IMG/VR virus record: IMGVR_UViG_3300025647_000026
Location: 1-64,000 of that record
Length of the DNA stretch: 64,000 bases
Origin: a virus
Direction: 5' to 3' (one strand)
Of this stretch, positions 41,180-50,902 are shown in pieces. The notes beneath the pieces are model-generated. The model saw nothing but the letters and a program-made list of their open reading frames with translations. It did not search any database and had not been told where the DNA came from. Every line of letters starts with the position of its first letter. Position 1 is the first letter of the stretch. The position numbers and the translations under genes are program-made.

Positions 41180-41186
41180 AATTTAA

Positions 41187-41960
41187 TTAACCTCCGTATT
41201 TATTTATAAGGTCTGAATCTCCGTATTCATCACCCATATTTCCACCTGTTCCGTAATTAGGAATTGGGGCTGTGTAGGTTGCATTTCTAAATCTATTAGG
41301 TAAATTCATTCTGCTTCCTGTACTTAAATATGTTTTGCCTAAGCTACCACCTAAACCAGTTGTTGTCGTAGGTAATTTCGGTGTTAATCCTGCTCCTAGT
41401 AAATCTCCGCCCATATTCATCATCGAGCCTTGCCATTGGTCACGATTACTTTTTATAGCGTTGCCTAATGCTTGTTCGGTTTGTTGTCTTCTATTTTGTA
41501 AGTAAGCAGTATTTTGGTTTTTCATGCCTTGAATTTGCCCTACTATGTTGCTTAATCTACTTTGAGCAATATTTCTTTGCCCTCTGTTTAAGTTAGCATC
41601 AGATGCAGCAAAGTCAGCGTTAGAATTAAAAGCGTTAGCACTACCCATTGCACCAATTGCTCTTGAAACTCCTCCTCCACCCATGTTTTGAGCGTTGCCT
41701 TGTTGAGTAGCAAGTATTTGTGATAGTCTATTTTGGAATTTAGAAGTTTCTGCTCCACTATACCCTTGTGGGCTAGCTACTCCAGCAGTTGCCATCCTAA
41801 ATTGTTCGTTAGTTTGCTCTGTTGGTTTATATTCAGGAAGTGGTTGTCCTGCTAATTGTGCAGCTTGTGACTCGGCTTCCTTTTGGCGTTGGTAAGACGC
41901 AAGTGCTGATAAACCTTGCATAGCCATTCCTGCTATCGGTATAATTAATGGTAAAGCCAT
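41187..41960 (-). CDS. DNA pilot/ejection protein (start at MALPLII)
   Basis: Hydrophobic N-terminus followed by a Q/A/G/N-rich coiled coil. Confidence 0.65.
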   Translation of the reverse strand: MALPLIIPIAGMAMQGLSALASYQRQKEAESQAAQLAGQPLPEYKPTEQTNEQFRMATAGVASPQGYSGAETSKFQNRLSQILATQQGNAQNMGGGGVSRAIGAMGSANAFNSNADFAASDANLNRGQRNIAQSRLSNIVGQIQGMKNQNTAYLQNRRQQTEQALGNAIKSNRDQWQGSMMNMGGDLLGAGLTPKLPTTTTGLGGSLGKTYLSTGSRMNLPNRFRNATYTAPIPNYGTGGNMGDEYGDSDLINKYGG

Positions 41961-42018
41961 AATATTAAATCTAATTTTAAGGTACAAATATAACATATTA
42001 GTTTTAAATTACATTAAT

Positions 42019-42807
42019 TTAATGGTTTAAAATTCCCTTCAATTCATTGTATTTTGATTGATAAGCGTAATGGGCATCTATTTCATTTTCAAAAGTTCCT
42101 AAAAACATATATTTTTTGTTTTTAACTATTTGAGCTTGAAATTTTCCATTTTTTCTTTTATGAACTCCTTTGTAAGTAGAAGAAACTACATACGGATTTG
42201 CAACTATATCTTCAACTTTCCCTTCTTGAATATATTTAAGAGCCTTTTTATAGGCAAGACCAGCTTCTTTTTCGTCAATAAACGTACCTAAATATATTTG
42301 TTTTTTAGTTCCATTTTTAATTCGAGAAGTCCATTTTTTTATATTTTTATTACAAACCATTGTAACACCAGTATAATTACTTGTGTTATTAATTCTGTCT
42401 TTGCTTGAGTTTTCTCTGTTAGATATTAACTGCAAATTTGATAATTTATTATTTAGCTTATTGTTATCAATATGGTCAACAACTATTTTAAATTTATTTG
42501 GAATATGACCTAAATATGTTATTGCTATAATTTGATGATAAGTTAAATTTCTTTTAATATTCCCTATTTTTATAGATGTGTTTAAATAACCAGTATCAAA
42601 AATACTGCCTTTAATTTTTTTAGCTGGTAAAATTCTTTCAATACTATTTATGTTAATTTCTTTTACTTTTATTCTTACAATATTACCATTTTTACTTACT
42701 ATATAATTATTATTTAAAGGAAATCTTTTCCAAGTTTCACCATTAAAATCAAACTCCATTTCAACTGGAGTTTGATTTACAATAAAATCTAATTCATCAA
42801 AGTTCAT
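42019..42807 (-). CDS. HNH homing endonuclease with a NUMOD4-like N-terminus and two AP2 domains
   Basis: ETWKRF..YIVSKNG; VDHIDNNKLNNKLSNL; two YxGV...LGTF..E..A..AY repeats. Confidence 0.9.
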   Translation of the reverse strand: MNFDELDFIVNQTPVEMEFDFNGETWKRFPLNNNYIVSKNGNIVRIKVKEININSIERILPAKKIKGSIFDTGYLNTSIKIGNIKRNLTYHQIIAITYLGHIPNKFKIVVDHIDNNKLNNKLSNLQLISNRENSSKDRINNTSNYTGVTMVCNKNIKKWTSRIKNGTKKQIYLGTFIDEKEAGLAYKKALKYIQEGKVEDIVANPYVVSSTYKGVHKRKNGKFQAQIVKNKKYMFLGTFENEIDAHYAYQSKYNELKGILNH

Positions 42808-42809
42808 TA

Positions 42810-42992
42810 CTAAAATCCAAAATATTTGTTTAGCCCTAATTCTCCTACTGTACCTCTAAACCATGCTTTTAAAGTTTCTAATGAGTCTGCTTCTTCTATA
42901 GCATCTTTTGTTTCAAGTGCTAGTTGAGTAAATTCTCTGCTTCTTAAAGCTATTTCTAGTGATGTTCTTTTTAATTCTTCTATATTTTCCAT
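42810..42992 (-). CDS. Hypothetical protein
   Basis: Leaderless behind TTTAACTAG-N20-TACATTTG (42997-43033). Confidence 0.6.
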   Translation of the reverse strand: MENIEELKRTSLEIALRSREFTQLALETKDAIEEADSLETLKAWFRGTVGELGLNKYFGF

Positions 42993-43038
42993 AGTACAAA
43001 TGTATTTAGTTAGAACCGAATTATCTAGTTAAATGTTT

Positions 43039-43491
43039 TTAATAGGCTCGTACTTCACTTTCACAGAAGTTTTTGAATGGTTTCGGGAGGGTAGGTATGT
43101 TTTCCATAGCCCATTTAAGGTAGTTGTGAGGCACTTCTCCAATCGCATCTCCTTTGTATTTCCCAAAAGGTATTTTATATGCTCGGTTTATTTTTATTGG
43201 TGGTTGCTTTTTAGGTTTTGCTTTTGGCTTTGATACCTTTTTTCTTTCTAAAGTATAGTGTGCGCTTCTTTTTGGATTGCTAGTTACTATTGTTAGTGCA
43301 TGATTTATTCTATCGTCTTCTTTTTTAAATACAAGTATTTCAGTTGTGATTAAATTTCTTAGTTTTAAGCTGTTTCTATAAATCTCAACTATTCCATTTA
43401 CTCGGTAGGCGTGTTCGTATTCAACTATTTCGCAGCCTTCTTGTTCCATTATAATTATAATAGTTGGCTTTTCGTAATCTTTGTAGTCCAT
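43039..43491 (-). CDS. Protein with a C-terminal PFGKYKG (DUF3820-like) domain
   Basis: KIPFGKYKGDAIGEVPHNYLKW; ATG at 43491. Confidence 0.65.
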   Translation of the reverse strand: MDYKDYEKPTIIIIMEQEGCEIVEYEHAYRVNGIVEIYRNSLKLRNLITTEILVFKKEDDRINHALTIVTSNPKRSAHYTLERKKVSKPKAKPKKQPPIKINRAYKIPFGKYKGDAIGEVPHNYLKWAMENIPTLPKPFKNFCESEVRAY

Positions 43492-43526
43492 TGGTTTTAT
43501 TGGGTTTGTAAATTTTTGAGTACTAT

Positions 43527-44421
43527 TTATAACATAAATATAACAGCTTCTTTCTTTAGAGGTTTGAGGTTGACTGAGTATCTGAAACACTCTTTATTAT
43601 AGAGGTTGCCAAATTTATCGTAGAAATGCTTGTTTGGGTTGAACTTTTTATATTTAACCATTCTTACTGCATCTCTCTCTTTAGAAAGTACTCCGTTTGA
43701 TTCTAGTAATTTAAGTCTTTTTTCTAACAGTATTAGTTGATTTAACTCCTAATAGTTCTGCTATTCTTGTTTGACTGATACTTTGTGATTTTGCTATTGC
43801 TTTTCCCTCATGCGATTGTTTGTAAGCAGCTACTGCTATGCTTACTAATTTGATTCCACCTATAATATTATCAATTTCTTGTTCTTTATTGATTATACTA
43901 TCGTCTGCGTAGATTCTCTCTCTTATGTTTTTAAATTCTCCGTTTTGGGCTAGTTCGCTAACTAATTCTTTAGCTTTATTCTTTACTGAATCTTTTTTAA
44001 ATATTTTCTTTGCTGATTTTTTAGCTTTATATTTTTGTCTTTTTAATTGTGTTAATAACTTTATTTTAGCCATTTCTAGCTTTAATTGAGTAGGGTCTAT
44101 TTTAACTTTGGTTATTTGTTGGTAATGAGCAGCAGTATGTTTTCTATCTTTATTTATTATTGGGTTACGCCAAATAGATACTAATACTAATTTATTTTTT
44201 TCTAATCTTACAAAACCGTTTTCTTGTAGTAAATTAACGTGTTTGCGTAGGCTGCTTTCGCTTATCTTTAAGTCTATGGCTATTTGCTTGTACTTAGTAG
44301 AAATATGCTTATAATGACCACTTTTATTGTGTAGCTTTAACTTGAAATATGTTTTCATACTTGGGCTGTAATTTAATTCAGCTATAAGTTGTACTGGTAT
44401 TTTAAGTTTAGTTTTTTGCAT
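43527..44421 (-). pseudogene. Double winged-HTH DNA-binding protein interrupted by a frameshift at 43718-43723
   Basis: HTH1 YKQIAIDLKISESSLRKHVNLLQENGFV; HTH2 SQTRIAELLGVKSTNTVRK continues as RLKLLESNGVL... only in the +1 frame. Confidence 0.6.
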
Positions 44422-44512
44422 AAAAAAAAGCCCCAAGAAATAGAGTCTCGGAGCTTTTTTTTTAAATATAAATATACAAAAAAAATTCAATTAAAATTAA
44501 GACTCTATTCCC
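44422..44512 (-). promoter_or_regulatory. Attenuator-like leader (terminator plus anti-terminator)
   Basis: Terminator abuts the ATG; its loop (44439-44448) is complementary to 44500-44509. Confidence 0.55.
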
Positions 44513-44563
44513 TAATTGTTCTACAAATATAAAACAATTATTTTAGAATCCAAATTTATTTTT

Positions 44564-44650
44564 AAAATAAATCCCTCGAAGTAAATCGAGGGATTATATT
44601 ACAAAACAAATTATCAGGAATAGATTATGAGAACTACTCCTTCAACACAA
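44564..44650 (-). ncRNA. Stand-alone small RNA (~85 nt)
   Basis: Promoter at 44654-44689 and terminator AATCCCTCGA/TCGAGGGATT enclose no AUG ORF. Confidence 0.6.
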
Positions 44651-44694
44651 GAGCAAATATAGGTATTCTAAAATCAATTCCTAATTAAATCTTT

Positions 44695-47132
44695 TTAATT
44701 CGCCATATTTTTAATCATTGATTCAAACATAGCTTCTTTTTCAGTATCTGTCATTAGTATTTTCTCTTTGTAATCAAGTTTTACGGCTCTTGCTTCCTCG
44801 CATAACTTCCAAAGCTCTTTCTCGTTCCTACATATCTCTTTGCCGTATTTATCGAAAGCTTTCATGTCCTTATCTCCATTTTTCTCGTACAAATACCAAC
44901 CTATCCATTCGTTAGCATCTTCTCCATAGTAATGCTCTAGTAAAAGTGCTATTATAGCATTGTACTCCTCTGTAATGGTAGTTATGTTAATATATTTGTA
45001 TAATACGTCAATAGTATCGTCTGTTTTCTTAATTTTGCTAAGAAGTTGTTTAAATATTGGTAGTTCCATTTTTTCTGTTTATTATTTCGCAATTTCTACT
45101 TTTTTTATTATAAAATACATTCTCCTTGTCTATAATCTTAACTTCACTTATTAAAATTTTACAAGGTTCATCTAAGTACCAAATGTAATCAGGGTCTGTC
45201 TCTGAAATCATACCTACTTCGCAGTATTTCGGGTTAATTCCTTTTGGTTGGAAATATATTGGTGTCATTTTATTCTTGTGTAAAGTTTTCTTTAAAATAG
45301 TTATTACAGTCTTCTTCTGTGGCTATTGCTCCCTCATCGTAAGTTCCCTGTGCATAAGCGTTCTTTAAGTCCTGCTCTTCTATTAGAAGGAATCTCTGAA
45401 ACTCTGTGTTTAAGTTATTACCTATAAAGTATTGGTTAGCCTTCATGTAGGTTATTAGCTGCGCTACTGCTGTTTTAGTCTTCATTCATTCTTATGTTTT
45501 CTGCTAATTCTAAAATATGATTGTCTATTTGGTCTTGATGAAATGTCATACCTATCAGCATTGCGTTTATTGCGTTGTATATTTCTTCTAGTCCTGCCGC
45601 ATCACTCATTGTAGCAACTTGCTTAATTCCATGTGCCTTGAATGATATTTTTAATTTTCCTTCTTCCATTATATTTTATTTATTTTTCTTTTAAAAACTT
45701 CTATCCAAATATTTAACCAACCAATTTGGATGTCAACAAATGAATAATAATTTGAATATCCCATACCTTTAACTATTCTGAACATAATTCCAAAGTCTGT
45801 CCAATCCCATAATATATTTACTTTCATAGTTTATCGTAATTATTTTTATACAAATTTAAGGTTTCAATAAGTTCTTCAAAATCGTTAAAAGACCATCTTT
45901 CGGTTTTCATAATAAAGAAAGCACCTCCGCCTCCATCTTCTTCTGATTCTATACTCAGGAATTGACCTAAGTCTCCACCTTCTACGCAATCGCTATCTTG
46001 AGTGATTGTTATAATAAGTTTTTTACTTAATATTTCTGCTTTTTCTGTTAGTTCTTCCATAATTCTTGTATTCTTTCTTTTAAACTTAATTTTATTACTA
46101 CGAATTTGCCATCTTGCCTTCTTACTACCCTATCTTTGGCTAATATAAAGTTACATACTTTACATACATAGGCTTTATTACAGCACCATTTAACCGGGCT
46201 TTTTGAGCTACCAAATAAGAATAATGGTAGCTTTAATTTGCAATTATAGCAGTCCCTCACGACATATCTCCTTCTACTTCTGGGTTAGTAGTGGTTGTTC
46301 TGTTACTTCCTGTTCCTTTTATCTCTATATGCATTTCGTACCATCTTTTGTTAGCTTCTACTAACTTATCTACTTCTTTTTGAGGAATATACCTGTCAGA
46401 AATCCTTTGCAAAGCTTCTATTTTATTCCTACTGTTTTGAGAAGCTATTTCTTCTAGTAAATGTTCCGTAGGTTTTATGGCTTTCATTGGGTGTGGAATA
46501 TCCTTTTCTAAGGGTGCTACTGCATCTACTAATTCCTTAGCTAAGTTAGTAGCAGCAACGTACTGATTAGTTCCTCCTAAGCCACTTTGACTAACGGATA
46601 ATAGGCATGTTGGGCAGTAGTATGTAAATAAATACTGTCTGTATTCTTCTTGCGTGTTAAAATCGTTTTTACTTTTCATTTTATTATTATTTAGTGCCAT
46701 TTAAAAGGGTTGGTTATTTCCATTTCTTTCCACATTCCTACAAATCCAAACATTAAAATAGCTGTTATTATTATTATAGTTAATGCTACATAACTAAGCG
46801 GATTGTAAGGGTTGAATCTATATGCGTTAAAATATCCTTCACCTAATCTTTTTAAGCCTTCCTTATGTCTTTTTTCGTTTGATACTATTTGCAGAATTTG
46901 CAAGTACCCTAGTATTTTTCTTACCATGTTATATATTTTCTAAAATTTCTTGTACTTCACTGTAATGTAAATAAGCCCTGTCTGAGCCTGTATTTGAAAG
47001 CATTTTACTTACACATAACTTTGCGTGTAATACTGCTGTTGGGTATTCTATTCTACTATAATCACTTATTTTTTCCGATGTTTGAGAGAATAATTCTATT
47101 AAATTATCTGCTTCTTCTTGTGGCGTGTTCAT
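44695..47132 (-). other. Run of ~10 small hypothetical genes
   Basis: Overlapping or coupled ORFs 44695-45069, 45050-45268, 45270-45485, 45475-45669, 45824-46060, 46048-46260 (CxxC), 46257-46700, 46691-46927 (membrane), 46929-47132. Confidence 0.65.
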
Positions 47133-47148
47133 AGTTTTATTTAATTTA

Positions 47149-47221
47149 GTCGGAAGCAAGGAATTGAGCCTCATTTTCTACCTCTCATAGGTAGTGTAAT
47201 TGCCATTATACGACATTCCGA
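47149..47221 (-). tRNA. Degenerate tRNA-like element (nominal anticodon TGA)
   Basis: Cloverleaf present, but A at position 33, T-loop CTCAATT, imperfect acceptor stem and no long Ser variable arm. Confidence 0.45.
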
Positions 47222-47268
47222 TATTTACACTTCCTCTATTCGTTGTATAGTGATAACCAACCCAAAGT

Positions 47269-47354
47269 CAGTCAGAACATGATTCGAACATGTAAAAATA
47301 TAGGTAGTTAACACGCCTCAACCCTATAACGTATACCACTTCCGCCACCTGACT
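47269..47354 (-). ncRNA. tRNA-like RNA with an extended, non-canonical anticodon arm
   Basis: Acceptor AGTCAGG/TCTGACT; D arm GCGGAAGTGGTATACGT; T arm ACATG-TTCGAAT-CATGT; anticodon stem ATAGG/CCTAT encloses 18 nt. Confidence 0.65.
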
Positions 47355-47360
47355 AATTAT

Positions 47361-47726
47361 TTATCTACTCACTACTACTCCATTATGAGTTAGCGTTACC
47401 TGACAAGGATTTTCTTTATCTTCTATTTTTTTGTGTCTACGTCTTAAACCTTTACAGTATTGAGAATAAGTCCATTGGGTATCGTTCTTTATGTTATAAT
47501 CTTGCCAACTAAATATCTTCCCTTTAGGTTTGTTATTATTCATATCGTAAGCTATATCCTCCATATTAAAATAATACTGTTCAATAAAACTTGCTATCCC
47601 ACCTACTTCACTTGATACCCAGTAATCAAATTCGTAACCTTGTTTCTTTACAAATTCGTCTACATAAGCGTTGCAAATACGATTATATTCGTTATTTAAA
47701 GTGATTATAGTTTCTTTGCGTGTCAT
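47361..47726 (-). CDS. Hypothetical protein
   Basis: 121-aa ORF coupled (TAATG) to a leaderless minigene MKYIK. Confidence 0.6.
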   Translation of the reverse strand: MTRKETIITLNNEYNRICNAYVDEFVKKQGYEFDYWVSSEVGGIASFIEQYYFNMEDIAYDMNNNKPKGKIFSWQDYNIKNDTQWTYSQYCKGLRRRHKKIEDKENPCQVTLTHNGVVVSR

Positions 47727-47853
47727 TATTTAATGTATTTCATATCACAAAAGTATTAATTTAATTCATAATAACTAATTAAATCTTTTTAATTAACAAA
47801 TTATGTTTTATATTCTAAATGTCATGTTTAACCTTATCTTCTTACTATAATAC

Positions 47854-48159
47854 CTATTTTTTACTTATCATATATTGATGAAGGAAATTACCAAGTTTAT
47901 CTACTAACTTCTCATCAAGCCAACTTTTACTATCAGCGTAGAATAACAGGCAATGCATCATCTCATGAAAAAACGTGCTATCAATAATTTCAGTTTTATA
48001 ATCAACCCAAACCTTTTTACTCTTATATTTATTAGCAATTATTATCTTATTCTCGAAAGGTATAAACTGACCGTAACACTTATTCTTATGGCAGTATTCG
48101 TTATCAATAATAATCTCAATCGTTTGTCCTAGAAGTTGGAAGGAAGAAGGTATAATCAT
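47854..48159 (-). CDS. Zincin-like (HExxH) metallopeptidase-like protein
   Basis: CYGQF...STFFHEMMHCLL...EKLVD. Confidence 0.65.
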   Translation of the reverse strand: MIIPSSFQLLGQTIEIIIDNEYCHKNKCYGQFIPFENKIIIANKYKSKKVWVDYKTEIIDSTFFHEMMHCLLFYADSKSWLDEKLVDKLGNFLHQYMISKK

Positions 48160-48162
48160 AGG

Positions 48163-49377
48163 TTAAAAAATATAATCGTGATTACTAACTTGCCCGTTTA
48201 AATAATAGTTCCTAAAAGTAAAGCCACTCATACTGTTGTTAAAGTTGATTTTCACCCAATTTGATGGAGGAGCAAAGCTTGGAAAGTTATGGTACTGAAA
48301 CTTTTTACTGCAAGATTTATCTATAAGTGATTGATGACTATCTCCTTTATCAAACTCTATAATAACATTTTTTTTGTATAAGAAGTTCTCGTCAATAAAA
48401 TGAGAAATAGTTTTTATAATTTTATCATTTATTTGCGGCTTAAGACCAAACTTCATTGTGCCGCCATCTTTCCCGTGACACTCAATTATACAGAATTTAT
48501 CCATAACCATATAGTAGTCCATAAACTTACGCTGTATGTTTACTGTAACCTTATTAGGGTATTTTATTTCAATGTAAGCTTTAAATGCTGAATTAACTAT
48601 ATAGGCAAATGAACCGCTATGGTTATCATCGGTAATATTATTACAAACAATCTTGTCGTAATAAGGAATTAGGCTGTCAATCATTTTAATCTTAAACCTT
48701 AATCCTACATCAAAAGCCATTTGGTTATCCATATTCTGCGGTAAATGGTGTTCTCTACGAATTGTCATGCCGTCCCAACCGTCCATATAATCCCCTAAAT
48801 CACTGATATACAACGTATTAAACTTTTTATGTTCTAATATCCATTTAAGGGATATTGCTAACCTATTATTTAACTCTTCCTCATCCCACTTGCCTTCGTA
48901 CAATGCAAAGCCATCTTTATCTACACACATTCCAACGTGAACGTCTGTGTAAATAAATCTATCAAAGCCATCCATTTTAGTTGGAGTAGATGCTAGGCTA
49001 ATAGGTTCTATTTTATCCTTAAATATTGATAGAAAGTCTATTTCTTTAGGTTCTGTTTCGCCTTCTTCTATAAAATTAGGATTCTTAATAAACAAACTAG
49101 CGGTTTTATTTTTAAGCCACATGTGTTTAACGTTCCCAAAATCTACGTTCAATTCTTCCGTTGCATCGTAAATGCCTTCGTGGTCGTCTAGTATTCTTCG
49201 TTTATTTCTAAGAATATACTTTCTAAACTCTCTTAATTCACTATTTTCAAGTGTAAGTTTTAGTTTTTGACAAACCTGTCTTGCAATTTCGGTGTCTGAT
49301 TCTAAATTCTTTTCAATAATAATTTCTTTTATTGCCTCCTCATAAATCGCCCACCTAGATTTTTTGTTATTCGCCAT
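48163..49377 (-). CDS. Calcineurin-like metallophosphoesterase with an N-terminal HTH-like region
   Basis: TDVHVG, LGDYMDG, DNH, CHG and GDSH motifs. Confidence 0.8.
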   Translation of the reverse strand: MANNKKSRWAIYEEAIKEIIIEKNLESDTEIARQVCQKLKLTLENSELREFRKYILRNKRRILDDHEGIYDATEELNVDFGNVKHMWLKNKTASLFIKNPNFIEEGETEPKEIDFLSIFKDKIEPISLASTPTKMDGFDRFIYTDVHVGMCVDKDGFALYEGKWDEEELNNRLAISLKWILEHKKFNTLYISDLGDYMDGWDGMTIRREHHLPQNMDNQMAFDVGLRFKIKMIDSLIPYYDKIVCNNITDDNHSGSFAYIVNSAFKAYIEIKYPNKVTVNIQRKFMDYYMVMDKFCIIECHGKDGGTMKFGLKPQINDKIIKTISHFIDENFLYKKNVIIEFDKGDSHQSLIDKSCSKKFQYHNFPSFAPPSNWVKINFNNSMSGFTFRNYYLNGQVSNHDYIF

Positions 49378-49379
49378 GT

Positions 49380-49751
49380 TTATTTGTTTTTTACTATTTC
49401 TATTAATTTTTTAAGACATTCAAGTTCTGCTTCTTCGTAGGTTTTAAAATCTGTTTCAAATTCTGATATTGATTGGCTGTGGTTTATTATTTGATAATCA
49501 CAATTAACATCATTTTCCAATGAATTATCTAATCCTATTGAATGATATAATCCATACTTCTCTCTAAACCATCTAAATGCTTGTTGGTATAGTGGTGCTG
49601 AACATTCTTGGTCAGCATGTGTATATCCATCAGTTCTTGTTTTTTCTTGGATTAGCCAGTTTTTAGATTTCCAATATCCAAAACAAAGTTCGTCAAATCC
49701 TAATTCTTTAAGAGCTAATGCCTGTTCATAGCTAACAAATTCTTTATTCAT
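49380..49751 (-). CDS. Conserved phage hypothetical protein
   Basis: FVSYEQALALKELGFDE...APLYQQAFRWFREKY...TYEEAE pattern. Confidence 0.65.
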   Translation of the reverse strand: MNKEFVSYEQALALKELGFDELCFGYWKSKNWLIQEKTRTDGYTHADQECSAPLYQQAFRWFREKYGLYHSIGLDNSLENDVNCDYQIINHSQSISEFETDFKTYEEAELECLKKLIEIVKNK

Positions 49752-49780
49752 TATTTTTATTTTATACTATTTGGATTAAT

Positions 49781-50134
49781 TTAACAACCAAATTCTTTTT
49801 TTAATTTTTCAAACTCCGCAAATCTTTTTATTTTTTCCTCTTGTTTATATCGTTCATTATTTTCCTTTTGGCGTTTTTCTTGCTCTTGTCTTTCTACCTC
49901 TTCTTTATCTTTACGTATTTTAATTAGCTCGTCTAAATCGGTAGTTAAATCTTCCGCAGTAACTATTTCACTTCTATAATCGATTCCTCCATATGAGGTA
50001 CTCCACGATTCGTTACAATAAAAATCACCGTTACTAGTTAATTCAATTGAGTCTGGCGTACTATTGGTTTTGGCCAAATAAATTTGTTCTACTCTGTTAT
50101 AGATTGTTTCTAATAATTTTGTTGTTATTTCCAT
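49781..50134 (-). CDS. Hypothetical protein
   Basis: 117-aa ORF. Confidence 0.55.
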   Translation of the reverse strand: MEITTKLLETIYNRVEQIYLAKTNSTPDSIELTSNGDFYCNESWSTSYGGIDYRSEIVTAEDLTTDLDELIKIRKDKEEVERQEQEKRQKENNERYKQEEKIKRFAEFEKLKKEFGC

Positions 50135-50148
50135 ATTATTTGTTTTTA

Positions 50149-50688
50149 TTAAAAATTATTTATTGATTCAATTTTTGCAGTATCTAAAAAACCACCCATC
50201 AATTGTCTTTGTTGTAAATCGGTATTTAGTTTCATGTTTATTTGGTTTAAAAAACTTTCCATTTCTGGCATTGGAGGCAAATAACCACGACTACAATTAG
50301 CATATAATTGGTTTATAAAACCTCGCTTTAAATCGGATTCATACTGGTGTCCAGTTCTCATGTAATAGTAAGCAGCTCTAACAGTTTGACTTCTATTAAC
50401 TCCCGCATGGCAATGCAAATAAACCCTGCTATTACTTTTTTCAGCTGCAAATAAAACTACCATCGCTCCATAAATTGAATTTAAGCCAATATCTCTTTTA
50501 CATTCGTTCATTGGAAACCAAAATGACTTTATATTATTGGCAATTAGTAATAAATGATGACTTGTGTAGTATTCGTCAGAAACGTTAATTACATAGTCAA
50601 ATTCATTTACATCAAACCTTCTATTATCTTCGTGAGGGAATCCTCCAACTATTAAATTTTTTTCAAACCATTCTTTAAATTTTGACAT
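50149..50688 (-). CDS. Dual-specificity/tyrosine phosphatase family protein
   Basis: VYLHCHAGVNRS matches the HCxxGxxRS signature. Confidence 0.85.
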   Translation of the reverse strand: MSKFKEWFEKNLIVGGFPHEDNRRFDVNEFDYVINVSDEYYTSHHLLLIANNIKSFWFPMNECKRDIGLNSIYGAMVVLFAAEKSNSRVYLHCHAGVNRSQTVRAAYYYMRTGHQYESDLKRGFINQLYANCSRGYLPPMPEMESFLNQINMKLNTDLQQRQLMGGFLDTAKIESINNF

Positions 50689-50689
50689 A

Positions 50690-50902
50690 TTATTTGTTTT
50701 TCAGATTATCAATTTCTCGTTGTAAGTAAAATAAAGCTTTTTCTAAGTCTTCAAGTTTATCGCCTTTCTTGCCTGCTCTAAGCACATATTTTGTACAATT
50801 ACCTAGCATAAAGTTTAAGTCGTAATGTTCTATTATCTTAATAGGTTCAAAAGGGTTATCTTCCCCTCCGTAATGTACTGGGTGATTGACTTTGTTTTCC
50901 AT
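50690..50902 (-). CDS. DUF3310 (T7 gp1.7-like nucleotide kinase family) protein
   Basis: VNHPVHY...F.LGN..KYV.RAGKKG..EDLEKA..YL. Confidence 0.85.
   Translation of the reverse strand: MENKVNHPVHYGGEDNPFEPIKIIEHYDLNFMLGNCTKYVLRAGKKGDKLEDLEKALFYLQREIDNLKNK

Noticed and set aside
822-41186. Many antisense ORFs in the track (e.g. 822-1055, 10159-10572, 36892-37404, 40509-41186)
   Set aside because: They are shadows of long genes on the opposite strand, with S/L/F-rich mirror composition and no promoters
47222-47268. Possible theta (HDV-like) ribozyme after the tRNA-like RNA
   Set aside because: I could not build the nested double pseudoknot
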